Source of the DNA: Octopus vulgaris
Lineage: Eukaryota
Assembly: GCA_951406725.2 (NCBI GenBank)
Contig: OX597827.1
Coordinates: 12,214,001 to 12,278,000 of the forward strand
Direction of reading: 5' to 3'
Length of the DNA stretch: 64,000 nucleotides
Position 1 is the stretch's first letter; each line of letters starts with the position of its first letter. The notes beneath the pieces are model-generated. The model was not told the origin of the DNA, ran no database searches, and saw nothing but the letters and a program-made list of their open reading frames with translations. This document shows positions 12,808 to 26,882 of the stretch, piece by piece. Position numbers and translations under genes: made by a program.

Positions 12808-12840
<33 letters not shown>

Positions 12841-13116
12841 ATACATTTGTATATATTTCATATATATATATATATCATATCCTATCATATCATATATATA
12901 TATATATATACATATATATAAATAGATATATATAGATATATAGATAGATACATAGATAGATAGACAGATAGATAGATAGATCGATAGATAGAGATATATA
13001 TAGATTTAGCCTGTTGTTCTTCTTGGTGTTGTCGGTGTTATTGTTGTTATTGCTCTAATCATTCTCCACATTTTTTTCTATATACATATATATATACATA
13101 CATTTGTATATATTTC

Positions 13117-13183
<67 letters not shown>

Positions 13184-13898
13184 TAGATAGATAGATAGAC
13201 AGATAGATAGGGATATATATAGATATAGATACACGTATGTTAATATATTTCATTTTAGTTGACATTTTTCATAACTCTTATTTCTTTTACTCTTAACGTT
13301 ATAGTTTATACATCACCACCAACAGCCACACCAACTCTACTTCTCTCTCTCAGCCCCCACAATAGACCCACCACTACCACCACCACCACCACCACCACCA
13401 TAAACGTCCCTCATCTCCCACCCTGCCTCCACTCCGTCCCTTCTTCTTTTTCTTCTTCACTGTTCCATCCATCTGCCGTTTGTGATGTATTTTGGTTGCC
13501 GTTTCTGCCAATGTGTTGTGTTGTATGTTTATTTACAATTGTTTCAGTTTTTTTTTGTTATTCCTGACTCAATTCTTTTATGATTAGATCAATCAGCTTA
13601 ACTTAAAATGCATTTTCAATGTTAATTTATCAATAACATCATCTTGACACTCACATCCCCTCTCATCTCATCCCACCTCTCTCTCTCTCTCTCTCTCTCT
13701 CCCTCCCTCCTCCCTCCTTCTCTCTTTCCCTTTCACTGTCTCGTTTTCTCTTTATGTCTTTCTCTGTCCTCCTCCTCCTCTTCCTCCTCCACCACCACCA
13801 CCACCGCTGTTACTGCCTCTCCAAAATTGGTTGATCCTACTAAAAATTAACTATGCTCACCACTCATTCTCTCTCCCTCTTTCTCACTTTCCTTCTCG

Positions 13899-13935
<37 letters not shown>

Positions 13936-14045
13936 TCCTGCTATATCTTTCTCTCTCTCTTTCTTTCTCTCTCTTTCTTTCTCTCTCTCTCTCTCACTTT
14001 CTCCAATGTTAATAAATTATCTATAACATCATTACCCCCTTCCTC

Positions 14046-14088
<43 letters not shown>

Positions 14089-14335
14089 CTGTTTAAGCAA
14101 GTTCTACTCAACTCCTAATAAACACACTCTGACACAAACATACAAACACACACACGCATGCACAAGCACACACACATGCACAAACACACACACGTGTACA
14201 CACTGTAACTCGCACATAGTTACACGCAATAAATCTAACAAAACACACACACATATATATGCAAGCACATGCACAACGCATATCATCACTCATGCATGAT
14301 TATGCATGATTATACATCAATACACATACATGCAT

Positions 14336-14376
<41 letters not shown>

Positions 14377-14562
14377 TGCATACTAATTTCCACACACATA
14401 AGTACTAATGCTTACACATACTTCAACATACATACATACATATATATATACACTTGCGCTTTCATTTCAACTTTCATATACATGAACACTCTGTTATGTA
14501 AACACACACAGATGAATTCATATACACATGCCCAAACACACACATACTAATTAATACTAAAC

Positions 14563-14593
<31 letters not shown>

Positions 14594-15745
14594 ACGCACA
14601 CACATACACACACACACATACACACACACACAAATTGTTATTCAAACACTCATATACACACTTTCACACATGTATACTTACTCAAACACACACACAGTCG
14701 TGCACGCATGCTAAAATACGCACATGCCTTCACATTTGCATTCCTAAAGCATGCATACATATATGCACACAAACATACTTCATTCAATTGTCACATACTC
14801 ACACATACACACACACACATACACACACATACACATATGCATACACATGCACACACATATGCACACACATATGCACACACATATTCACACATAACCATAC
14901 ACAGTCATACATGGATTTTTAGAAAATTTCATACCCTCACATGCATTCGCAAATACACACCCATACACACATGCACACGCACACATAAACATGCATACAC
15001 ACACTCACACACACACACATACTTCACAACATTGTCCCAAACATACACCATATGTATATATATATGCATATCTGCAAACATGCCATGCACACTTATATAC
15101 ATATATTAGTAAAACTATCACACACACACACACACACATCACATTAATGTTACACACAACAAGCACATATACCAGTAAAACACAATCACACACATACACA
15201 TGCATACATATATGCACACACATATGCATACACATATGCACACACATATGCACACACATACACATATTCACACATACACATATGCACACACATACACATG
15301 CACACACATACACATTTTCACACATACAAACATACACATATGCACACACATACACATGCACACACACATGCACATACATATGCACACACATACACATATT
15401 CACACATACACACATACACATATGCACACACATACACATGCACACACATATGCACACACATACACATATTCACATATTCACACATACACATATGCACACA
15501 CATACACATATTCACACATACGCACATACACATATGCACACACATACACAGGCACACACATATTCACACATACACACATACACATATGCACACACATATG
15601 CATACACAATTTATAGCAATGTTGCACACAACATGCACACATGCGCATAACACTAAAAACACAACCATACCACACTCACATTCATACACACACACACACA
15701 TACACACACACGTGCACACATGAACAAGAAGTGAGACAAACACAA

Positions 15746-15780
<35 letters not shown>

Positions 15781-16264
15781 AACACTGTCTCAGTATATTG
15801 TTTTTCTTTTCTTTCTTTCCTTTCTTTCTTTCCTTCTTTCTTTCGTTCCTTCCTTCTTTGAAATCCATCATCATCACACAAAGCAAAACAATAAATAACA
15901 TAAGAGAACGTAAAATAGAATAAAATAAAATAAATGTTACACCATGTCTTTAAATGTTTTTTAACTTCCTTTTTGAATAATATCATTTTTGAGGAGATGT
16001 CATGTCTAGCACAATGTTAATTTATCAGCTATGGCTTGCTTGTTTCTCTAAGACCTGGTGGTAGGGGATAGGAGTGAGGAGCAGGGCGGTGGGGGCCAGG
16101 AGTGTGGTGGTGGTGATGGGGGGCGACGAAGATGTGGCGTTTGGGAGAGGACTATGAGAGAGAGAGAGAGAGGGGGAGATAGATAGAGAGAGAGAGACAG
16201 AGAGAGAGACGGAGGGACGGATGGAGAGCGAGAGAGTGAAAGGGCAATGAGATTGGTTTGTGAG

Positions 16265-16296
<32 letters not shown>

Positions 16297-16867
16297 GGTA
16301 GAGGAAGTGAAAGAAAGAGAGAAGGAGGGTTTGAAGAAATGGTGCTAACAATTGAAGAGATGGCGCTAAAGTGATGCGAAGGAGTAGTGAGAGTTAGTAG
16401 CTTTCAGTAACCTTGTTGTTGTTGTTGTTGTTATTGTTGTTGTTGTTTGTTGATTGTTGATTATGTTGTCATTATTGTCATTAGTTGTTGAAAATGTTGT
16501 TGCTACTTTGGTTGATGTTGCTGTTACTGTTGTCATTAAGCTCTCAGGTGAAGTAAAGTCAAAGTGAGAAGATATTTAATCAAAGACAATCCACCTGAGA
16601 CCATCCAATCTTTATTTCAGACAATAAAATATAAGACTGCATTACCATATGTGACCTTTCCTTTTTTTTTGTCTTTTTGTTAAAACAATAAGGTTTGATT
16701 TAAGTATTTTTTTTTCAGAGTCTTATCAGGGATGAGAAAACAGCACCTTACATATTTTTTTAAGGACCCCTAAGATGGATAGGAGAAAGGGAAGAGGAGA
16801 TCCTTGAACCAGTATTCAAGCCTGAAACAATGGAATGAACTCTCCTAAAGGAACCCAAAGACCAGAT

Positions 16868-17130
16868 CATCATCATCATCATAATCATCATCATCGTTTA
16901 GCGTCTGCTTTCCATGCTAGCATGGGTTGGACGGTTCGACCGGGGATCTGTGAAGCCAGAAGGCTGCACCAGGCCCAGTCTGATCTGGCAGTGTTTCTAC
17001 GGCTGGATGCCCTTCCTAACGCCAACCGCTCCATGAGTGTAGTGGGTGCTTTTTACGTGCCACCCACACAGGTGCCAGACAGGGCTGGCAAATGGCCACG
17101 GACTGGCAAACAGCCACGGACTGGCATTGA
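16868..17130 (-). mobile_element. Element D (RTE-associated 3' end, (GAT)n tail)
   Basis: GGCGTTAGGAAGGGCATCCAGCCGTAGAAAC..CCAACCCATGCTAGCATGG..(GAT)n on the minus strand; about one 5' monomer. Confidence 0.8.
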
Positions 17131-17890
17131 AAGACAGGATGAGTAACCCTATAGAGTATCAGTTCACAGCCATTTAACAGCATGCAAAATTTTGGCAAAT
17201 ATAAACCAGTATTCCCTGGCAATCTCTTCACTTTCCTTTAAATATTTAAATAAACATTTTTGTTAAGGAAATATTCTTGTATTTGTTTGCAATCAGTCAA
17301 TGTTGCAATCAGTCAATGTGGCTCTTATTCCCCAGATGGCTTATTGCAAAACATGGTCATGAAGAGGAATTGTGTCAAAGACTAGGTGACAGGATAAAAC
17401 TTTTTGATACTTCAAAGTGAATGACCTTGTTTGGCACCAGCTTTCTCAGATTCTACAGAATGCTTTGTCTGCTAGAAGTAGAATTTTGGTGCATCACCCC
17501 TTTCTAGAAGTTTGCAACCAATTCTAGAGGAGACAGAGAGAGACACGGGTATGTAACCAGACAGAAAATGAAAGAAGCTAGAATGTGCCAACTTTCCACG
17601 ATGTTGTGGCTAATTCTGGGACAGAGAGATGGACACAGAGAAAACTAGAGAGGGAGTGAGAGAGAAACTGATGGATGAAAAGATGAACAGAATGATAGAC
17701 AGACAAACAGACAGACAGGAAGTGAAAGAAGAAACAAAGAATTGATACTGGTATTTAGTAAGTATTTTATCAACTTTTGAAGGCTAAAAGGCAAAATTGA
17801 CTTCTGTGGAATTTGAACTCACAGCACGAAGAGCAAGAATTATTTTTAATACTAGTTGCATTTATAAATTAAATAACAAATGAATGCAAC

Positions 17891-18300
17891 AGGTGCAGGA
17901 GTGGCTGTGTGGTAAGTAGCTTGCTAACCAGCCACATGGTTCCGGGTTCAGTCCCACTGCTTGGCATCTTGGGCAAGTGTCTTCTGCTATAGCCCCGGGC
18001 CAACCAATGCCTTGTGAGTGGATTTGGTAGACGGAAACTGAAAGAAGCCTGTCGTATATATGTATATATATATGTATGTATGTGTGTGTGTGTGTTTGCA
18101 TGTCTGTGTTTGTCCCCCTAGCATTGCTTGACAACCGATGCTGGTGTGGTTACGTCCCCGTCACTTAGCGGTTCGGCAAAAGAGACCGATAGAATAAGTA
18201 CTGGGCTTACAAAGAATAAGTCCCGGGGTTGATTTGCTCGACTAAAGGCGGTGTGCTCCAGCATGGCCGCAGTCAAATGACTGAAACAAGTAAAAGAGAG
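17891..18300 (+). mobile_element. SINE-A, full length
   Basis: Intact A and B boxes, linker and tail. Confidence 0.9.
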
Positions 18301-18430
18301 TAGTTTTCTTGTATTATGAAATGGTTCTAAAGTATCTGGCATTATATATTTTTTCCAGTTTTAACACATATTCATAGATCCTGTCACTTGCCAAAGATTT
18401 AAAACTCCAAAACTCCAAGAACATTTTATA

Positions 18431-18842
18431 CTCTCTTTACTCTTTACTCATTTACTCTTTTACTTGTTTTAGTCATTTGACTGTGGCCATGCTGGAGCAC
18501 CGCCTTTAGTCGAGCAAATCAACCCCAGGGCTTATTCTTTGGAAGCCTAGTACTTATTCTATCTGTCTTTTTTGCTGAACTGCTAAGTTACGGGGATGTA
18601 AACACACCAAGCGATGTTGGGGGGGACAAACACAGATACACAAACATATACACACGTACATATATATATATATATACATATATATGACGGGCTTGATTTC
18701 AGTTTCCGCCTACCAAATCCACTCACAAGGCTTTGGTCGGCCTTAGGCTATAGTAGAAGACACTTGCCCAAGGTGCATGCAGTGGGACTGAATCCAGAAC
18801 CATATGGTTGGTAAGCAAGCTACTTACCTCACAGCCACTCCT
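18431..18842 (-). mobile_element. SINE-A, full length, tail-to-tail with 17891-18300
   Basis: Reverse-orientation family match. Confidence 0.9.
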
Positions 18843-19006
18843 CATAAAATATTTCAAAATTAAATATTTTTGTTCTTACATTTTGAAAGAGTTATAATTA
18901 ATAAATCCTATAAACACACTCATACATACATATATATATACATACATACACATACACACACACAGATATGTGTGTATGTATATATATTTATACATATATA
19001 TATATA

Positions 19007-19587
19007 CAGGGTGCATAAGGTATTCGAGGCATAACTTTTTGGGGTCATTACTGCATTTTTTGCTAACTCTGTATAATCTTTGTTTCAGAAAATAATTATG
19101 GCAGACTCTCAGCTGATTCAAGAAATGAAGAGGCATGTTGTTATTCTGGTTATAAGGGGTGAACATAGCGATTTAGAAATATCGCAATTTTGAAAAGTTG
19201 CCAGATCTTTCGTCTACAAAGTTTGTAAGGAGCTAGAAACTGAAGATGGAAACGTATCACCAGTATCAAAGCATAAAAAGCATTCTAAATGATCTGATAT
19301 CATCAGAACACCTAAAGTTAACCAGAAAATTCAGCAGACCATTGATTACAATCCCAGAAAGTCCATGAAGTCAATTGCAAAGATTTCTATGTGTCAGGAG
19401 GAACAATCAGAAATGTTGTCCATGAAGACATCAGATGAGGAAAGGTCAATTTGTCAGAAAAAGCAAATGAAAATCACTACATCATATCTATAAAGCTCTT
19501 AAACAAACTGAAAAATCCAGCAGAAGATTTGATTTGGCTTTTCTCAAACGAGAAAAACTTCGACCAAGATCAAAAAGTTAACGAAGA
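19007..19587 (+). pseudogene. Tc1/mariner (DD37D/maT-like) transposon 5' half with dead transposase
   Basis: TA|CAGGGTG terminus; from ATG 19098 MADSQLIQEMKRHVVILVIRGEHSDLEISQF*KVARSFVYKV..IRTPK..NPRKSMKSIAK..TIRNVVHEDIR..LLNKLKNP..IWLFSNEKNFDQDQKVN (HTH region plus first catalytic motif); stops and frameshifts. Confidence 0.85.
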
Positions 19588-19743
19588 ATGTCTACGATTA
19601 GTCAACGATTTTTAAAAAAAATTACCATCATTTTTTTTCCATTTTTAAAGCATTTTTTTGCTATATTTTGGCTATAACTCTCTAAAAATGGTTATATAGT
19701 TATTTCCCTTACAAACCCGAGCAACGCCGGGCGATACTGCTAG
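19588..19743 (+). mobile_element. Helitron 3' fragment, same family as 33-549
   Basis: CCCGAGCAACGCCGGG hairpin then CTAG|T; internal deletion relative to the 33-549 copy. Confidence 0.8.
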
Positions 19744-20428
19744 TATATAATAAAATGGTCTGCCAACAAAATCTGAAAATTAGAACTAAAAACATTTGAC
19801 AAAAAGTTTCATATTGCAATGGTATTTAATGAATATCACAAGTGAAATTATATTTTACAATATGCACAAGCCACTAAATTCCATTTACAGCAATGTACAG
19901 TCAGTGGGCATTTGGCAAATTCATTGTAGATATGTTAAGCATAATTAATAGTTGTACGCACATACACACACACGCACACATAGTAAATAAAGGGATGAAA
20001 GAATATAATATATGTTATTATTTTTAATTCTTAAGTTACAATTGTTTCAATACAACATGGAAAACCCATTACATGAACAGAAATATTAATACTTTTAAAT
20101 ATTTGTTGTGCAAGATTTTTTATGTGAAGTCGTGTGTTGAAACAGATATTGTTATATATTGGCTAAACTGGCAAAATGACCATTCCGAAATATAACAATA
20201 TTAATACTCATATGAATATAATGCGCTCATAATATCATAAAATATGTTTTTAAGTTTTCGTGTACATTTCTTCACATTAAGTCTCAAACAAAAAAATGGT
20301 GAGGAATAATGTGTGTATATAATAATATTATGAATTCATGTTGTATTCAAACAATTGTTACTACAGAATTCCAAATAATATCACAAATTGCAGTCTTTAA
20401 TTTAATATGTATACGTAATACATATGTG

Positions 20429-20460
<32 letters not shown>

Positions 20461-20720
20461 AAATAGAAAAGAGTGAAAAAACTACAGAAGGCTTGTTTTA
20501 TAAGGTTAAAGAATATATTTAAGTCGTTATGTTAGAAGAATGTTATAAATTTTTTCATACAGTGACATAGTTTTTGAAGAAATGACCGGTTTCGTGTTAA
20601 CTTTTCAAATTTCTCAAATGTATGAAAAATTTTATAACATTTTTCTAACATAATGACTTAAATATATTCTTTAACCTTATAAAACAAGCCTTCTGTAGTT
20701 TTTTCACTCGTTTCTATTTT
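20461..20720. repeat. ~100-bp-arm inverted repeat, Penelope-like fold-back
   Basis: 20461-20561 pairs with 20619-20720 with few mismatches; the spacer contains GACCGGTTTCG (CGAAACCGGTC on the minus strand). Confidence 0.85.
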
Positions 20721-20761
20721 CTATATATCCAACCACATGCATTCACACACCAACTTTCTCA

Positions 20762-20806
<45 letters not shown>

Positions 20807-20824
20807 CACTGAGGTATTGCAATA

Positions 20825-20871
<47 letters not shown>

Positions 20872-20905
20872 ATATGTATGTATGTATGAATGTATATATT
20901 TATGA

Positions 20906-20945
<40 letters not shown>

Positions 20946-21436
20946 TCACACGCTCACACACTCACATGCTCTCATGTACACACAAATATATACACATATC
21001 CAAACTCCTCAGAGATGAATTAGTGTGGCCATTTCAGCATTCAGAAGAGTAGGAAAGAGTATAAAATATACCAAGCACTAGTATCATCTTTTTTTTTTTA
21101 TTGTATAGATTAAAACAATGGACGGGGTATACTGCTACTAGTCTACTGCAATTGAAGAGAGGTGATTATGCTCTCTTAAGATATTCATGATATAGCTTGC
21201 AACATTTCATACGAACAGTCTTCATCAATTATCAGTGAAATGTCTGTGATGATGAATACATATCCAAAGCTTATGCATGTCCACCATTGGGACTTTAAGC
21301 GCATAACTGTATCAACTAAAAATCAGTAAAAATTAACCAAAAGCTTCCTTTCTTATTCAAAATCAAAAACCGACATGAATGTTGTTGTTGTTATGGCATA
21401 GAAATAAAACACTTGAGATATATTAGTTTCAAACTT

Positions 21437-21822
21437 AGGTGCAGGAGTGGCTGTGTGGTAAGTAGCTTGCTAACCATCCACATGGTTCCGGGTTCAGTCC
21501 CACTGCGTGGCATCTTGGGCAAGTGTCTTCTGCTATAGCCCTGGGCCGACCAATGCCTTGTGAATGGATTTGGTAGACGGAAACTGAAAGAAGCCCGTCA
21601 TATATATGTATATATATATATATATGCGTGTGTGTGTTTGTCCCCCTAGCATTGCTTGACAACCGATGCTGGTGTGTTTACGTCCCCGTCACTTAGCGGT
21701 TCAGCAAAAGAGACCGATAGAATAAGTACTGGGCTTACAAAAGAATAAGTGCCGGGGTCGAGTTGCTCGATTAAAGGCGGTGCTCCAGCATGGCCGCAGT
21801 CAAATGACTGAAACAAGTAAAA
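21437..21822 (+). mobile_element. SINE-A, full length
   Basis: Family match with A and B boxes. Confidence 0.9.
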
Positions 21823-22639
21823 AAATAAAAAAAAATAATTTGTTTGCATGAAAATCTTGGTCATTGTGCCATTCACATTTGAAGTACTAGTGGAGGAGAA
21901 GAGAAAATATTGCCTTATTTGGAAATGAGTGATAATTGGTAACAGCAAAAAGAACCTGACTTCTGACTGTAGGAAATCTGCTTCGGTGAAGTTTATCTGA
22001 TCCATGCAAGCATTGAGAAAAGGTATGTTAAAACAGAAACAAAAGACAGTGTTGATGACGATGGCGATGACGACGACGATGATGATGATGATTTATTGTT
22101 GTAGTGCTGGTGGTGGTGGTGGTGGTAGTGGCAGAGGCGATGATGATAATGATGATGACAGCGATGATGGCGATGACGATGATGGATATATTGAGGGATA
22201 AGATGGGTCAAACCTAAGTCATTCAAATTCATCATTCCATCTGAGGCCATCACATCTTAAAAAAAACTTGGGAAGCTTTTGATTTTGGTATCAACAAGGA
22301 GATTTTGTTGTTGCCATTGTTACTGTTTTGTTTTTTGTTTTTATTTATATATATATATATATATATTTTTTTTTTTTGTAATTGCTCTAAAAGTTGTTAT
22401 GTATAAAATCTTGTGATTCCATTCCGACTGCTACAAAAGCCTGTTTATTTGTCGATGATCAAAGTGCAGAAAAGCAGATGTTTTTGTTTTTTTTATTATT
22501 CTTAATAATTTTTCATTGTTGTTAACTTAGCTTTAGTTTTCTGCTATTGTTATTGTTTCTGTTGTTGTTGTTGTTGTTGTTGTTGTTGCTGCAAATATAA
22601 AAATCTTGTACCAGTTTTCGTTGTTATAACATCTTTTGA

Positions 22640-23334
22640 AATACAGCCGTCGTTGTTGTTGTTGTTGTTGTTGTTGTTGTTATTGTCATTGTGATAGCGA
22701 TCATGTTATAAATGTTGCTATTGATGACCATGATGATGACCATGATGATTATGATGATGATGATGATGATGATGATGATGGTGATCACAGCAGCAGCAGT
22801 GGTGGCAGCAGTGGTGGTGGTGGTAGTGGTGGTGGTGGTGGTAGTGATGGTGGTGGTGGTGGCAGCAGTGGTGGTGGTGGTGGTGATGGTGGTAGTGGTG
22901 GTGTTGATGGTGGTGATGGTGGTGGTAGTGGTGGTGGCGGCAGCGATGGTGCCGGTGGAGGCAGTGTTGGTGGTGATGACTATGACAGTATAATAAATCT
23001 TGTAAATAATGATATAACTTGCAGTAGATGTACTTATTGCCACTAGTGTTTATAGTTTGGCTTTCTTTGTCATCGGTGTTGCTGTTGTTGTTGCTGTTGT
23101 TTGTGGTGGTGGTGGTGGTGGTGGTGGTGGTAGGTGGTGGTGGTGGTGGTGGTAGGTGGTGGGTGGTGGTGATAGGTGGTGGTGGTCATCGTCATTGTAG
23201 TGCCGAACGGTGCAGTGCAGGCAATGACGGTTGGCCGTGTTTCTTTGTTTTCATAAACTTGTATTGTTTAAGAAGATGTTTTTGTCGACGTCCATGCTGA
23301 TCACCATCAATGATGATCAAGATAATCATGTTTG

Positions 23335-23365
<31 letters not shown>

Positions 23366-23480
23366 TTATGATGGTTATGATGATGGTTATGATGATAATG
23401 ACAACGAAAAATAATGAAGATGATGATGATGATGGTGATGACGACGATGACGACAACGACGATGACGGCGATGTTGATGG

Positions 23481-23512
<32 letters not shown>

Positions 23513-23701
23513 GTTATGATGATAATGACAACGAAAAATAATGAAGATGATGATGCCGATGATGATGATGGTGATGATGACGACGATGACGGTGATGTTG
23601 ATGGTGATGATGATGATGATGGTTATGATGATAATGACAACGAAAAATAATGAAAATGATGATGCCGATGATGATGATGATGGTGATGATGATGGTGATG
23701 G

Positions 23702-23754
<53 letters not shown>

Positions 23755-23755
23755 C
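22640..23755. repeat. (GTT)n/(GAT)n/(GGT)n trinucleotide mosaic with a ~120-bp higher-order triplication
   Basis: GGTTATGATGATAATGACAACGAAAAATAATGAA recurs three times near 23385, 23512 and 23621. Confidence 0.9.
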
Positions 23756-24371
23756 CTTAACTGCTGTTGCTGTTGATGTCATTGTTTCCTGAAGTTTTTG
23801 ACAGATTCATTATAATAATCTGCATCATGCATTTCCTTTCCATTCCTTTAGATCTGACACTTAAGAAAACGAAAGAAGAAGAAAAAAAATAAAAGAAGTT
23901 TAAAAGAAAAGCAACTAATTCAGATTAATATCTCCCCCCTCTCTACACCCCTTCCTATTCTCTCTCTCTTTGTTTTTCATTTCTCTTCTCTCTCTCTCTC
24001 TCTCTCTCTATCCTTCGTTCTCCCTCTATCTCCCTCTCTCTTTCACTGTCTTTGTCGCTGAGTCCTTCTTTTTCTCTCTCTCTCTCTCTCTCTTTCTCTC
24101 ACTTAATCTTATACTCTTTCTCTTTCTCTTTTTATCTCTCTCTTTCTCACTCTTTTACTTTGACTTCTTCTCTTACACTCATTCTCTCTCCCTCTCTCCT
24201 TCTCTCTCTCTCTCTCTTTGTCTCTTTCAACATTTTTCTCTGATTAACTCTCTCTCTCTCTCTCTCTCCCTTTCTCTCTCACTCTCTCGCTTTGTCTCAT
24301 TCTTTTACTTTAACTTCTTCACTCGCACTCTTTCTCTCTCCCTTTTTCTCTTTCAACATATTTCTCTGATT

Positions 24372-24406
<35 letters not shown>

Positions 24407-24759
24407 CTCCCTCTATTTCTTTCTCTCTCTTCTAAGTTGGACATTCTTAAAAAAAAAAAGATATTCTGAAATCTTTATAATTTCACTGAAATTGTCAAAA
24501 TATTATTTGGTTTTTGTTATATTCAGAAGCCATATTCAATAGTTACAGTAAATTGACTGTGACTTTTAGTATCATATTTATTTTATTATTGTTATTATGA
24601 TATTAGCAGTTATGATAGAGGTGTTTGTTTGCGGATGATTATGAGTATGTTAAATTTTGTAATATGACTATTGTTTGCGACCTAAACAGTTTATGATTGT
24701 GATAAGTGTTGTGATGCTATTGTTATGATATTAGTAGAACAATGATAGAAATGTTTACT

Positions 24760-25255
24760 TGTAGTGGGTAAGTCTGTGATAGATATTGTAATATTACTGT
24801 TGTCATGATATTCATAGTTTATGATTGCGATAGGTGTTATGATATCAGTAGTTTATAATTGTGATAGGTGTTATGATATCAGTAGTTTATGATTGTGATA
24901 ATTCTTATGATATTAATAGTTTATGATTGTGATATATGTCATGATATATTTGTAGTTTACAATTGTGATTGATGTTATGATAGTAGCTTATGATTGTATT
25001 AAGTTTTTAGATATTAGTGGTTTATGATTGTAATAGGTGTTATGATATTAGTAATTTATGATTGTGAGATGTGTTATGATATTAACAGTTTCTAATTATG
25101 ACAGGTGTTTTGATATTAGTAGTCTATGACTGTGATAGATGTTGAAATATTTGTAGTTTATGATTGCTATAGGTGTTCAGATATTAACAGTTTATGAATG
25201 GGATAACTGTTGTGATATTAAGCAGTGTATGATTGTGATAGGTATTGAGATGTTA
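24760..25255. repeat. Degenerate ~33-34-bp minisatellite (GATATTAGTAGTTTATGATTGTGATAGGTGTTAT-like)
   Basis: More than 12 diverged units; resumes weakly at 26050-26250. Confidence 0.8.
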
Positions 25256-25291
25256 TTAATAATAATCATAATAATAATGATGATGATGATG

Positions 25292-25321
<30 letters not shown>

Positions 25322-25325
<4 letters not shown>

Positions 25326-25850
25326 TGCAGTACCAGGCAGTGGCTCTCATGGCTTCTGATTGGAAGTGTTATCATGTACATTGTTTTGTCTTGGTATAAA
25401 AGATGGGCTACAGCAAATATTCTGCTCAATACCACAGATTTGCTTGTCAGTTGTTTGACCATAACCAGTTGAGCATGTCCCTTAGTGGCTGACGATATGT
25501 GCATCTCTGATCACGAGCAGAAGTAGTGGGGGAGCATCATAGCCATGTGTTGAGAGGGATTCTTTGGGGTTTGAATAATTCACCTCTGGAAACATGGGTG
25601 GTTCTTTCAACATCCTTAAACAACCCTTATTCAGGGACCTTTTGAGTGGGATGGGCTACTCAACCTGAAGAAAATTCTAACTGGGTCATGTGCTGTTTAT
25701 CTTGATATGAGATCACCATGTCGCTCACATATGGTTGTGATGCATGTGCCTGGTGTACCCTTATCAGACGGGTAGTCATGATGGGTATATTGGGCTTCGT
25801 ATATTTTACCCCAGTGTCACTTTGATGGCATGAACTGCTCTCTCACTCAA
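25322..25850 (+). mobile_element. Unclassified ~530-bp insertion within (TAA)n, probable non-LTR 3' UTR
   Basis: Sharp compositional boundaries, (TAA)n on both sides, no ORF. Confidence 0.5.
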
Positions 25851-25871
25851 TAATAATAATAATAATAATAA

Positions 25872-25872
<1 letters not shown>

Positions 25873-25902
<30 letters not shown>

Positions 25903-26009
25903 AAGAAGAAGAAGAAGAAGAAGAAGAAGAAGAAGGAAGGAAGAGAAGAAGAAGAAGAAGAAGAAGAAGAAGAAGAAGAAGAAGGAAGAGAAGAAGAGGA
26001 AGAAGGAAG

Positions 26010-26042
<33 letters not shown>

Positions 26043-26046
26043 AGAA
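25873..26046. repeat. (GAA)n polypurine tract
   Basis: Directly visible. Confidence 0.95.
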
Positions 26047-26477
26047 TTAGTAGTTATGACAGTAGTTATGACATGGTGGTCAGTATGATTGAGATTCTGT
26101 GATATGGCTATTGCTGTGATATAAGTAGCTTATGAATGTTTTAGGTAATGATAATGTTATTGATATGCTTTATGATATGATTATTGTTGTGATACAAGTG
26201 GTTATCATAAATCTATGAGTTTACAGTGATATGTTTGGGATAACATTTCTGATGTTGTTTTTGATAAAGTTCAGGTTAGCCCTAAGGGAACAGATAAATT
26301 AAGACCTTTCCAGTCATACCCATCACGACTTGTTAGGGGCATCGAGGTTTTCTTTCTTGAGTGTAATCTTTCTTTATTCAAGATAGTAAAATGCAGCCAA
26401 CCTTCTCTTTCAAGTGAGTATCACTTGGTGACATGAACTTACTTTCATTAACTATGTTAGACCTTTTAGAAATAGCA

Positions 26478-26882
26478 GTGGCTGTGTGGTAAGTAGCTTG
26501 TTTACCAACCACATGGTTCCGGGTTCAGTCCCACTGCATGGCATCTTGGGCAAGTGTCTTCTGCTATAGCCCCAGGCCAACCAAAGCTTTGTGAGTGGAT
26601 TTGGTAGACGGAAACTTAAAGAAGCCCGTCGTATATATGTATATATATATATGTATGTGTGTGTGTTTGTGTGTTTGTGTTTGTCCCCCTAGCATTGCTT
26701 GACAACCGATGCTGGTGTGTTTACGTCCCCGTCACTTAGCGGTTCGGCAAAAGAGACCGATAGAATAAGTACTGGGCTTACAAAAGAATAAGTCCCGGGG
26801 TCGATTTGCTCGACTAAAGGCGGTGCTCCAGCATGGCTGCAGTCAAATGACTGAAACAAGTAAAAGAGTAAAAGAGTAAAGA
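26478..26882 (+). mobile_element. SINE-A
   Basis: Family match; (GTAAAAGA)x3 tail. Confidence 0.9.

Noticed and set aside
22636-23046. Gly/Asp/Ser-rich 136-aa ORF resembling a structural protein
   Set aside because: Trinucleotide-repeat mosaic, open on both strands, with no splice or start support.
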